A DNA stretch of 64,000 bases, from NCBI GenBank assembly GCA_013239625.1, contig MU056000.1, forward strand, positions 9,308,232 to 9,372,231, written 5' to 3'. Below the pieces are notes generated by a model that worked only from the letters and a program-made list of their open reading frames with translations, ran no database searches and was not told the origin of the DNA. Position numbers and translations under genes: made by a program. This document shows positions 13,566 through 23,523 of this stretch, one piece after another. Position 1 is the first letter of the stretch, and every line of letters starts with the position of its first letter. The stretch comes from Lama guanicoe. Lineage: Eukaryota.

Positions 13566-14799
13566 GTACAAGGCAGAATGACACTCACAGCCCATTTCTG
13601 AAAAGATGTTAACAAAATTAAGTATTAAGGTCCCAGAATTGCAAAATGATGCTCATTTTTATATTTTTATTTTTAGTGTTCTAAGCTTTAAATTGTCCAA
13701 TTGAAATATAAACACCATAGTTGAAATATTCACTATGATGGGCCTTATATTTCTGTAAAGGCATTATGCCTATATTTTGACTATAAATAGATACATAAGA
13801 TCAAATTTAATGAACTACTTGAACATTCACATTTGTTGTGTTTTCTTAAGATGAATTAGTTAATGATAAAACTCATAATTCTTCAGAATGAACTTATTCA
13901 ACGAATCTATGACAAATCGTTCTGCCAAATCCCTTCTCTGACATTCAATCCAACATTCGCATTTAAATACAATATTTGCATTTAGTGTTTTCTTTTTGCT
14001 TTGAAAAAAAAAAAGCCATATTGAGGTCTTGGAAAATATGAGCATAAAGACTAAACAAAAGTACCATTTTTCTTTGTATAGAATATTAAAGATCTTTAAA
14101 CAAAGCTAAATCCATTTTTTTTCAAACAGAATGGAAATTTTTATTTTTAGCCTTTTTTAGATAATTTCAAAGATATGTTATATTTTATTATCAATTTAAA
14201 AACGGACAATACTAAATTAGGCAAACATTTTTTGACCAGTGTCTTAGGCTTTATGAGAATTATAGCACAATTATATGGACTTTTCCACTTTTGTAAATGC
14301 AGTAATAATTCCTAACCTGTAGCATATTTAGCTATAACTTTATAAGCTAAATGAGATGAAATTACAAAAAGGTCCCATTGCACTAACGAAGTCAAACATA
14401 TAAAATTACTATGTTAATTTGTAATTGATGATATCATTCATTTTTTGTTTTTATTTAAATATTTCATTTTATTAGCCAAACTTCTGGAATACAACCTCTC
14501 TGCAAAATTTATTTTTGTCTTTTATTTAAGTAGCAGAAGACAATTTATAAGAAACCAATGATCAAGACTTGTTTCTATAAGTAATTGGGGACAGTACCTA
14601 TGTGGCCTGACCATTTTCATTTCTACAACTATATCCCGTATAGTGAGAAGCATTATAAGATCCACGTTTTTAAAGAATGTAGCAATTTATTTCACCAGAA
14701 TTAACCACTATACCATAAAAAGCAACTGTCTCATTTAAGAAAGATTGCAACCTCAATTTTGGGGGGAAAACATTTTTTGTTGCTTTATTTTCCTCAAAG

Positions 14800-15096
14800 T
14801 CTAGTAAGAAAAGTCTAAGCTATTTCATGGTCCACTATGTAGTGACCCACAGGATGAACATGACAAGACAAGCCTCCCATCCCCAGCAACATCCTCATCT
14901 CATGATCCTCCACCGCTGGCACCAGCACACCTACCATTTGGTCGAGGATTCCCACCCCAGGAATTGTTCGGGTGGGTTAATAAAGGTTGGTAAACAGAGG
15001 CTGCAATGTCATGGTCGAAAAATGTCTACATCAAAGAAGAAGAGTTTTAGTTATCAATATTTGTCATTCCTTTTGCAGTGGATACCATAAGTACTA
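14800..15096 (+). pseudogene. Candidate large Pro/Ser-rich pseudo-exon ...EKSKLFHGPLCSDPQDEHDKTSLPSPATSSSHDPPPLAPAHLPFGRGFPPQELFGWVNKGW*TEAAMSWSKNVYIKEEEF*LSIFVIPFAVDTIST
   Basis: Strong acceptor gctttattttcctcaaag|, GC-richer than its flanks, one frame over about 98 codons with 4 stops, donor damaged (ataagt at 15087 or ctaaat at 15097). Confidence 0.5.
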
Positions 15097-15291
15097 CTAA
15101 ATTTTAAATAAACAATTACGTAGTGTTACATAATAGATACGTAGGGATCAAATGGGCTATGTTATACTTCCATAACCGTTATTTTTATTTGTGATTAATT
15201 TATACATGTATTTTTCTTAGATGCAAAGAACTTTAGGTTTTTAAAAGGGTTCTAAAAGGCATCTAGAGAGACACATTTAGTTCTCTTTTAG

Positions 15292-15363
15292 GCATTGTGA
15301 AGTATGAGGAAATACTATGATCCTGGTGAAAGTGTAGACCCTGGAATAATTTTTTTTAAAAAT
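15292..15363 (+). pseudogene. Candidate pseudo-exon (G)IVKYEEIL*..., second half of an EF-hand-like loop
   Basis: ttctcttttag| to AAT|gtaagg. Joined to the previous block it gives a 12-residue loop D-T-I-S-T-(G)-I-V-K-Y-E-E, where the G is reconstructed. Confidence 0.4.
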
Positions 15364-15399
15364 GTAAGGAGAGCATAGTAATATTTTTGGAAGTATAAT

Positions 15400-15568
15400 C
15401 TTCAGACCATCTCCACTGGATCACCTGTGGTGCTCACTAAAAATGGAGTGGTCTGGATTTTGCCCTAGGTCCAACTAATTAGAGTCTCTGAGGATGAATT
15501 GATTGACTATGCATCTCTAAGAAGCTCTCCAAGCTGATTTTTATGTACACTAAAGATTGACAATCAGA
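15400..15568. mobile_element. MER5A-like hAT-Charlie MITE
   Basis: gatcacctgtggtgctc...aagctctccaagctgatttttatgtacactaaagattgacaatc. Confidence 0.6.
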
Positions 15569-16004
15569 GTAAAATGGGTTAACAATGATGTAAGAGATAT
15601 AATGTATGTAATGAGAAAGATCATCATGGAGACGAGAGTAAGGAGTGTTGCACAGGCAAGAAGTCAATGGGGGAGACAGGATATGATACATTTCCCTTAA
15701 GAACAAACATAACACTTGCAGAAAAATCATTTTCTTTCCATTTGTAAAGACCAAAAGGCAAAAATATGAATTTTCCTGGTTGGAGAACCAATATGTTTGG
15801 ATATAAGGACCGAAGATTAAAGTCAATGGAGCCAGTGTTCTGGGCACATAGACAATGCTCAATAAATATTAATGGGTTGAATAAATTGACAAAGACCTTA
15901 AGTGAAGGACTGAGGAGCTGAAAGGTGTTCTCTGAAATAAACAATATTAATCAATATAATTTATTTCAAATACTTTCTATAAAATTCTCTTTATCTTTCC
16001 CTTG

Positions 16005-16112
16005 ATGCTCAAAACAACTCTCAGGGTGAATAGATATTCTTCTAAATTACAAAGTAGAAAATTCAGGCTCAGAAAGATTAAAGTAACTTGCCTGACTTTG
16101 TCTAGCTACTCA
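16005..16112 (-). mobile_element. MIR fragment
   Basis: aggctcagaaagattaaagtaacttgcc core. Confidence 0.65.
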
Positions 16113-16139
16113 GTGAACCTACGTGTTATTTATGCTCAA

Positions 16140-16209
16140 TGTCCATCCATTGGACATTGCCTTTCGCATCATAGAAAATTCGGCCAGTGGGACAATACCT
16201 CATATAAAA
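16140..16209 (+). pseudogene. Candidate pseudo-exon VHPLDIAFRIIENSASGTIPHIK (EF-hand-like)
   Basis: AFRII-[E]NSASGTI resembles the EF-hand helix E plus loop (AFxxxDxxxSGxI). Both splice sites appear mutated (ctcaa|, |ataagt). Confidence 0.45.
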
Positions 16210-17011
16210 TAAGTTCAGTGCTTCAGTAATCCACATTCTCTATCTAGTTCTCTGTGAATCTTATTTTCTAAATGAAGTTGCCCATCTTCCTTTAGAACAC
16301 ATATTGTTCTATATGAATTATTTTCTACTATTTTCTGGGGGAAAAGAGTCTAGTTTTTTTTTCAATATAGGCTATATTTATTTTTATAAGTTTATACTGA
16401 CAGCTTTGAGTCTCTACGTATAATCATGACATTGTTTTTTAAAGTTAAAAACTTTCCTTTTCTTTCAAAAAAATCAGCCAATTGATCTTAATGCTGCACT
16501 AAACAGCAAGCTATAATTATTTTCATGATTGGTTTGCTCAAAAGCCTAGAAATAACTGTGGGGTGAGAATGGTTAATGAGTACAACACATTAGCCTATAT
16601 TTAATGTTTCTTTTTGGAAATGAGATTGTGATTTCAATTTAGATTACAATCACCAGGTCTGCACATCACTGAATCATCATCACATAATCTACACTGCTTG
16701 CCTCAGTAGTATTACAATAACAGCAATTCTAAACTGAGACCTAACAGTCAGAAATAAACACAGTCTAAAATTCTCGTATGTCAGAGTGTGCGGTTTTAAG
16801 AAATGAGAGGAGCTTAAAATTATTGCCAAGCTGTCACCTTGTAATTTAATTAGTCTACATTGTTGGTTCTCAAAGATTGTCTCATCATTTTTCAATGAGT
16901 CTCCAAATTTCCTCCAAGTAAGTTATTGGGGAGAGTCCAGTAGTTCTTATTATAAAGTGGAAGGAAGGAAGGAAGGAAAATATAAAGACCTACCCTAAAA
17001 GGTTTGTGCCC

Positions 17012-17362
17012 TTCTATGGGCTGAAAGTTCATCACTCCCCCACCAGATTCATATATGGAAGCTTTAACTCCCACTGTGATGGTACTTGGAGATGAGGGTT
17101 TTAGGAGGTAATTAGGTTTGGATTAGGTTATGAAGCTGGGCTCCTCATGATGTCCTTAAAAGAAAAGCATGAGAGACCAAGGAAAGGCCATGAGAGTACA
17201 CAGTGAGAAGGTGATCATTCATACTCCAAGAAGCAAGCCCTCATCAAGAACTGAATCTGCTGGCACTTGATCTTGGACTTGTCAGCCTTCAGAACCGTGA
17301 GCTACTGTTAAAACCACTCAGTCTATGGTCTTTTGTTATAGGAGCCCAAGCCGACTAAGACG
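17012..17362 (+). mobile_element. Solo MaLR LTR (MLT1A-like) with 5-bp TSD TGCCC
   Basis: ctatgggctgaa...atcttggactt...cagtctatgg...gactaagac, TGCCC at 17007-17011 and 17363-17367. Confidence 0.85.
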
Positions 17363-17432
17363 TGCCCTGTTGATATTCCTGCTGCTATTTAGCTTGAAAA
17401 ATATTGTACTTGCTTCCCATGTCATTTGGTTC

Positions 17433-17882
17433 TGTATTAGTTAAGATTCTCTAGAGAAATGAAACCCGCAGAATACAAGGAGATATACATGAAGAGATTT
17501 ACTATAGGAATTGGCTCACACAGTTATGGAGGCTGAGATGTCCCCCGCCCGCAAGCTGGAGAGCAAGGAAAGCCAGTGATGCAATGCAGTTTGAGCCTGA
17601 AAACCCTAGAACCAGGAGCATTCATGTCTGACTGAGGGCAGGAAAGGATAGATGTCTCAGCTCGAGAAATTAGCGAATTCACCTTTTCTTTTCTCTTTTC
17701 GTTCTATCGAGGCCCTCAATGAATTGGATGACTCCTACTGGCATTGGTGGGGGTGATTGTCTTTAGTGGGTCTACTGATTCAAATAGTAATCTCTTCCTC
17801 ATAGACATATCCAGAAGTGTTTTACCAGCTATTGCCACATCCCTTAGATCAGTCAAGTGAACAGATAAGACCAACCATCACA
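17433..17882 (-). mobile_element. Solo ERV-L LTR (MLT2B-like)
   Basis: tgtattagtt...ggaattggctcac...agtcaagt...aaccatcaca, near-TSD ggttc/ggtac. Confidence 0.85.
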
Positions 17883-17975
17883 GGTACTGATTGTGGATAT
17901 GAGTTAGTTCAGGCAAGGACCCGGGAGCCTAGATTAAGATGAATTAGAGCCTTGTGTTCAAAGATAAATGGGAGA

Positions 17976-18027
17976 GTGTGTGTGTGTGTGTATATGTATG
18001 TGTGTGTCTGTGTTTGTATGTGTGTGT
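17976..18027. repeat. Imperfect (TG)n microsatellite
   Basis: Direct observation. Confidence 0.9.
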
Positions 18028-18323
18028 ATTTCAGTGTTGAGAGAAGTCTCTGAGGATATTTTAATCTAAGTAATTCAAGTATAATCATTTGAGGATCATC
18101 CTCATTGGATCATGTTGGGGAGCTGAAATTTCAATCAACACCAGGGTAGAGTTAAATAACCTTATCTAGTGCATCTCACTGGAGCTTTTATAATGTGGGT
18201 ATATCTGCTACAGTGTTTGTTTTAAAGATACAGCTGTGAACGCCAGAAGAAAAAAAAGTTGGTCCATGTAAAGGGTCAGGAGTGCCTCCCAGGAGTAAAA
18301 GATGTTTCTCTTTTCTACTCGAG

Positions 18324-18540
18324 ATCATTCCCACACAGAGCCTCAGGGAAAACTTCTCTTTATTCACAGATCCAGGAATCTACTGTAAAATAATGAAGGT
18401 GGGTGTCAATCTGGCCCACAGCAGCGCAATCATGATGCAGACACGATAAGCCTTGAGGAATTCCTCAGCACGATGTTGTGTTGGAGCAGCAAGTCATCAT
18501 TTCCATGGCAGAGAGAGCTGCCATTTTCCTTTAGCCGATG
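18324..18540 (+). pseudogene. Candidate frameshifted pseudo-exon IIPTQSLRENFSLFTDPGIYCKIMKVGVNLA / NHDADTISLEEFLSTM (EF-hand-like)
   Basis: Pyrimidine tract plus gag|. The ISLEEFL motif at about 18446-18466 is in a shifted frame. End uncertain (donors at 18399, 18541 or 18557). Confidence 0.45.
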
Positions 18541-19159
18541 GTTTATTTTGTGTCATGTATTTGAGTCCACAGGAGATATGGGTGGGGGGAGATTGAAAAA
18601 AACTGAGTAAATGATCATTTTTTTACTAGAATGAGAGTACAAATGAGGCAAACATATAGGCCCTCACCTTTTCTTGCCTCAATTACTAATGTAGTCTTTT
18701 TTATGCTATTCAAGAGGCTGAATCATCTGGATAATTAACTCAATAGCTTCGTACTACCAATTCCTCTTCTTTACAACTTAGATGGGTCATAAAGAATTCA
18801 TGTGTCAAAAGTGAACAGAATTGAAAATTTCTAATTCTTTAAACAATTTATACTGTCATAGATCTGTTTAAAATACTTTATATTATTTGTCTATTAAATT
18901 GAAAAGTATGTAGACACTACAAAATAAGACAATACTTCAAACACAAAATTACAGGATTATATTTATTTCATATACCTTAATAATCTCCTTAACTTCAAAA
19001 CCCCTAAAAGTAAGAACAGGATTATCTATGTATTGCCAATGTCTACCCCAACCAACATTTGCTGATGTGGGTGTTTAGAATAGAACCTCAAGATGAGATT
19101 AGCTCAGACTTACATTGGTCAAATCATGCAGAACATGTAGTTTGTCTTTAATCTTTTCC

Positions 19160-20295
19160 TTTTTTTTAATTGTGGAAAGACTCATGTAACATAAAACGTA
19201 CCACTGTGTGCATTTTTAAGTGTAAAACTCAGTGGCATTGATGATATTCAACATGTGCCACCATCATCACTATTTCCAGAATTTTTATTACCTCAAACAG
19301 AAACTTTGCAGGCACTACATAATGACTCCAAATTCCCCATTCCTCTAGCCCGTGATAACCTCTAAACTAATTTTTACCTCTTTCCTGGCTGCAATTTCCA
19401 GTGTGAAGAGGGGTTTCCCAAACATACAATAAGCAATTCTCTGGACACCAGCTGGGTGTCCTACAATTCAGATCAATTCTCTTGCTCTCTACCTCGAGAT
19501 AGTATAAGGATTCAGTCCTGTAAGACTGCTCACCCCACCACCACTGCAGATGCCAGTCCCAAGCCCAGATTGTCACCTGTGCCTCTGATTGACTGGCTAG
19601 AAATTAAAGGTTCTAAGAACGGCCTATTTGGATTTCAGACACCAGTTGACACCAGTTGTAAGTCCAGCTTGTCACTTGTACTTCTAACCAATTGGCTGTA
19701 AATCAAAAGTTCCCCTTTTTGGGTTTGATTAATGTGCTAGAGTAGCTCACAGAACTCAGAGAAACATTTTACTTACTAGATGACTAGTTTATAATAAAAG
19801 GATATAACTCAGGTACAGCCAGCTAGAGATGCACAGGGAGAGGTATGTGGAAGGAGCATAGAACTTCCATGTCCTCTCCAGATGCTCCACTTTCCCCAAA
19901 TCTTCATCTGCTCGCCAACCTAGAAACGCTCCATATCCTGCCCTTTGGGTTTTCATGGAGGCTTTATTACATAAGCAGAATGATTAAATCATTAGTCATT
20001 GGAGATTGATTCAGCTTCCAGCCTCTCTCCCCTCCTGGTCAGGGACATAGGGCTGAAAGTTCCAACCCTCTAACCACATGGTTGACTCCTCTGGCAATCA
20101 GCTCCCATCCTTACTTGAGGTCCCAAAGTCACTCCATTAACATAACAAAAGATACATTTGCTGCTCTCATCACTTAGGAAATTCCAAAGACTTGAAGAGC
20201 TCTGTGCTCTAAATGAGAGGAAGACCAAATGTAATCATAACTACACTATGAATTTGCCAATTCTAGATATTTCATATAAGTAGAATAATATGTTT
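19160..20295 (-). mobile_element. L1MB-like 3' end, split by a MER21-like LTR
   Basis: ttttaagtgta...cagtggcatt...atttccagaatttttatt...cagaaact, resuming at about 20246 with ctatgaatttgccaattctagatatttcatataagtagaat. Confidence 0.7.
19370..20245 (-). mobile_element. MER21-like LTR
   Basis: gacaccagctgggtgtcctacaattc, gctcacagaactcag, gggctgaaagttccaaccctctaa and ggaaattccaa motifs. Confidence 0.8.
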
Positions 20296-20677
20296 TTAAA
20301 ATTTTCTATTTCCCTTCCTTTGCCTTCAGCTGCTTAGATCCACATTCTATAATAATTGATAAAACCTCCTCAAAATACGGTACCCATCCCATCCCACTGC
20401 CCAAAGCTCCAGATTGAGTAATCATTTTACTACTTTAATTGAGCAAGAGAATCTATCTGTCTTCACCAAGTTTTGTGGAAGATTGACAGGCCATTCTCTT
20501 AGACTAATGTCCACTACACTGGAAAAAAATCAAGTATATTGTTTCTTTAAGTTTTTTTTTTAATTTGTTCAGAAAAAAAGAAACTTACAGAAATTCTGCT
20601 AGATGTGCTTGTGTCTCAATTCAAGAAATAAATTACCTTCTGTTTTGATTTTGGTTTTTTTTGGAATTGTTCATCAG

Positions 20678-20740
20678 CATGAACAAGACTGATCCAGTCA
20701 TCTCCTTAATGGCCCCATTCCCACTGAGTTTCTGCCCTTC
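20678..20740 (+). pseudogene. Pseudo-exon HEQD*SSHLLNGPIPTEFLPF
   Basis: tgttcatcag| to TTC|gtatgt, 63 nt, phase 0-0, one TGA. Confidence 0.55.
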
Positions 20741-20918
20741 GTATGTATAAGCAATGATCTTACTGGAAGTGTTTATCATTATAAACAAAAGTGATGTTAT
20801 TGGTGACATCATTGCTCACTTCAGTGAATATCATCCTATTGTCTCTGAAGCTTCATCTTAACATCCTGTCACTTAGAATCCAAAGTTAATGGTCTATGTC
20901 TCACTTTTTTTTATGTAG

Positions 20919-21139
20919 AGACAAATGATGCATAAACTGTTGAATATTAGAAGTAGAATAAGGGCTTCCATTTCAACATGGGAAAATTCTCAGCTTGTTC
21001 ATCTTGTCTGACAGATTTCCAACAATATTTCCATGACGATTATCATTATTCATGGACTTTATTTGCACAGAGCCTTCAAATATCTTCCTGCCATTTTAAT
21101 TAGTGGTTTCTGTTCACACTATAAAAATTCAGAATGCAG
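20919..21139 (+). pseudogene. Pseudo-exon RQMMHKLLNIRSRIRASISTWENSQLVHLV*QISNNISMTIIIIHGLYLHRAFKYLPAILISGFCSHYKNSEC(R)
   Basis: cacttttttttatgtag| to CAG|gtgttg, 221 nt, phase 0-2, one stop in 73 codons. LHRAFKYL...SGF is weakly EF-like. Confidence 0.5.
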
Positions 21140-21534
21140 GTGTTGGATTCATGCAGTTAATTAATAATAACCATGATTTGGATAAAGCAAAATATTTTGA
21201 AACACAAACCTAGAAGATAAATATGTACTGGTACACAGTGTAAATAACATGGCACTGCTGTGTAGCTGCCATAAAGCAGTAAATTCCCACGGAGATCATT
21301 TCAATCTAAGTTTCAGGATCCTAGAGACTCTTATTACATTACCTGAGCACTTAGAATAAAGCCTTGCCACATAATTCCTAAATCTTTAAGTATTACCAAT
21401 GCATCTGTCGTTTGATTTTTTTTAATTTATTTATCAATAATGCCACATGAAGAAAAGGAAATGTCATCTTAACCATTTTGTATGTTTTTTTCCCTCCCCA
21501 CACATGACCCTGAATTTGATTCAGTTTTCTGTAG

Positions 21535-21592
21535 ATTATTGAATTATTCTCTGATTGATAAAAATAATTTCTCAGGATATATTACTTTTCAG
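21535..21592 (+). pseudogene. Pseudo-exon LLNYSLIDKNNFSGYITFQ (EF-hand loop)
   Basis: cagttttctgtag| to CAG|gtataa, 58 nt, phase 2-0, open. The loop is completed by the E at the start of the next exon. Confidence 0.6.
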
Positions 21593-21764
21593 GTATAATA
21601 AAAATACCCAGATACTACAACAAAAACCTAAAAAATATATAAACATATATTATGCTAATATATTAATTTATTAGATATATTATGATTATGATTATTATCA
21701 ATATAATAACTTTTTTTTAACATTATATGTGTTTAAGTTAGTGACATTCCTCAATTTTTCAAAG

Positions 21765-21829
21765 GAAATTTTTATGAATATTGGCTCTGTAAGACGAAAT
21801 GTCGATCCAAACTGAAATTTGTCAATTAG
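21765..21829 (+). pseudogene. Pseudo-exon EIFMNIGSVRRNVDPN*NLSI(S)
   Basis: ttcctcaatttttcaaag| to TAG|gtatga, 65 nt, phase 0-2, one TGA. Confidence 0.6.
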
Positions 21830-22043
21830 GTATGATTCTGTAATATATGCTCCTTGATTTGCTTATGTATAAAAAATTATCATAATTTAGTTGAGATATA
21901 GCATAAAATATCTAATATTCTAACCACCAGGTAAATTAAACTGTATGATGTTTCTTTGGAAATCTTAGTGGAAAAGGCTCTTCCAAGAAACTATCCATTG
22001 ACTCTAAGTTTCTTCTCAGAATACTGTCTTCTATTTATTGCAG

Positions 22044-22201
22044 TTTAGATTTCTACATCCAAGCAAGAAGTAAGCAAGCCATAATGGGATTTCCTAACAA
22101 ACTTGAAAAAGAAATTCTTGCAGACATACACAAAGAAAGAAAATTGGAAGATAAAAAATGTTGCAAGAGTGAATTTTGAGATGGATTTGAAGCATCATTT
22201 G
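22044..22201 (+). pseudogene. Pseudo-exon LDFYIQARSKQAIMGFPNKLEKEILADIHKERKLEDKKCCKSEF*DGFEASF
   Basis: tcttctatttattgcag| to TTG|gtaaag (alternative exon end 22242), phase 2-1, one TGA in 52 codons. Confidence 0.6.
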
Positions 22202-22527
22202 GTAAAGAGCTGTCTTCACTCAAGATGACTAAGCAAAAAGATGTAAAATTATTTAGGCTATTAATAAACATATCTTTCTTTTTTAATTTGCTATGGGAAA
22301 AAATATTGGTTTTGGAAATAATTGATTTTGTTGACTATCATTACTAATACATTTATTGAATGACAATTGTCATCATAGAATGTCAACTTTTATTTGCCTT
22401 TCAGTTAAAAAAAAACCCAAGAATTTATATTTAGAAGGTCAGTTCACTTAAATGACAGTTTAACTATGCTATCAAAGAAATGTAATATTCATTTAACAGT
22501 CTCAGCATAGCAACAGTACATATAAGA

Positions 22528-22710
22528 GCTGTGTTCTCAAACTTTAAAGTATATGGGGATAACCTGGCATGTTTCTTAAGGCCCAGACTGCTGGGGCCAC
22601 CACCAGAGGTCCCAAATCAGTAGGTCTGGGTGAGCCTGAGAATGTGCTTCTACCAAATTGTAGGTGATGCTCAGGTCGCTGATCCAGGCTTCAGACTTTA
22701 AGATAACTGG
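22528..22710. mobile_element. MER5A hAT MITE
   Basis: gttctcaaacttt...cagtaggtctggg...cctgagaat...aggtgatgct...agactttaagataactgg. Confidence 0.8.
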
Positions 22711-22932
22711 ACTAGTATAATTAAAAGTTTGTCTTCACGCCTTATTTAAAGCAAATCTTCTCTTTAGACCAGGTCATTTTTAAAATTAAAAATTAATCTA
22801 GAATTATAGTATCAGTTTCTGAAATCTCTGTACCAGATGAAATGTTCGGCAAGGAATCCTGACTAGTTTGGGATTTGAGAACTTTGTAGTAATTTAGGTT
22901 TCGCTTAAATCACCAAAGAGTTTTCTTTTAAG

Positions 22933-23072
22933 AGATAAATGGATTGAATGTTTGGACATGGGATACTTCAATATGTATGAGGAATAACAGATCTATGAAA
23001 ACTCAGATCATCCAAACCATTGGTTTTAAACCTGATGATCTTCCAAAATACTCAAAATTAAGATCTTTTTAA
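22933..23072 (+). pseudogene. Candidate terminal pseudo-exon (E)INGLNVWTWDTSICMRNNRSMKTQIIQTIGFKPDDLPKYSKLRSF*
   Basis: ttttctttaaag| acceptor in phase 1, about 46 open codons to TAA, AATAAA at 23188-23193. Confidence 0.4.
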
Positions 23073-23365
23073 ATCACAAGTAAAATCTTTAGTATTGTAT
23101 GACCACATTGTCTCATTTGCTTCATCTTTAATTGAGAACTTGTTCTCATTGAGAACTCTTAAGCACTTTCTAGGAACCATCACCTGAAATAAAAGAAAGG
23201 AAGGAAGGACAGAAGGAGGGGAGGGAATAAAGAAAGGAAGGAAGGGAGGTTGATTTTATAAAACACAGAATATGTAGAAAATACAGTGTCAATTAAACCT
23301 CACACCTGGAAATCAAACATCCTCCAAGCGTCTTTCCTATTTTGACTTCCATCCTGGTGACACGC

Positions 23366-23523
23366 AGGCTGGCTTCATGGGCACGTGACCTATGCAGTAA
23401 CACAGGGTCTCATGCTTTGAAGGCCCCTGCGCTTGGTTGAATACTCTGCTGTCACTGCCTTGGAATTCTTCATAATTTTTAAAGGGGTCTTCATATTTAC
23501 GTTTTGTGCTGTAACCTGTCCTG
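23366..23523. mobile_element. MER45A-like hAT-Tip100 MITE
   Basis: caggctggcttcatgggcacgtgacctatgcagt...ctctgctgtcactgccttggaattctt...gtcctg. Confidence 0.75.

Larger units (their letters stand above)
6740..23072 (+). pseudogene. Putative unprocessed multi-exon pseudogene of an unidentified EF-hand (calmodulin-like motif) protein
   Basis: About 17 exon-like blocks found by manual translation, mostly with AG/GT ends and compatible phases. Up to five EF-hand-like motifs, multiple in-frame stops. Recognisable transposons fall only in the inferred introns. Identity unverified. Confidence 0.55.

Noticed and set aside
14900..15025. Minus-strand coding exon TFFDHDIAASVYQPLLTHPNNSWGGNPRPNGRCAGASGGGS*
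   Set aside because: No recognisable protein and no convincing partner exons on the - strand. The + strand reading fits the surrounding exon chain better.
18454..18467. Perfect 14-bp palindrome TGAGGAATTCCTCA as a regulatory or recombination site
   Set aside because: A single short palindrome is unremarkable in 64 kb, and it coincides with the E-E-F-L codons of the EF-like motif.
21240..21360. Additional EF-like readings (FQDPRDSYYIT* or NLSFRILET)
   Set aside because: Two conflicting frames, no clear donor, and the flanking exons already join in phase without it.
20678..23200. Selenoprotein or UGA readthrough explanation for the four in-frame TGA codons
   Set aside because: Upstream blocks contain TAA/TAG stops, a frameshift and damaged splice sites, and I saw no convincing SECIS hairpin. 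CGA or TGG decay is simpler. A SECIS search and orthologue codons (Cys versus Arg/Trp) would settle it.
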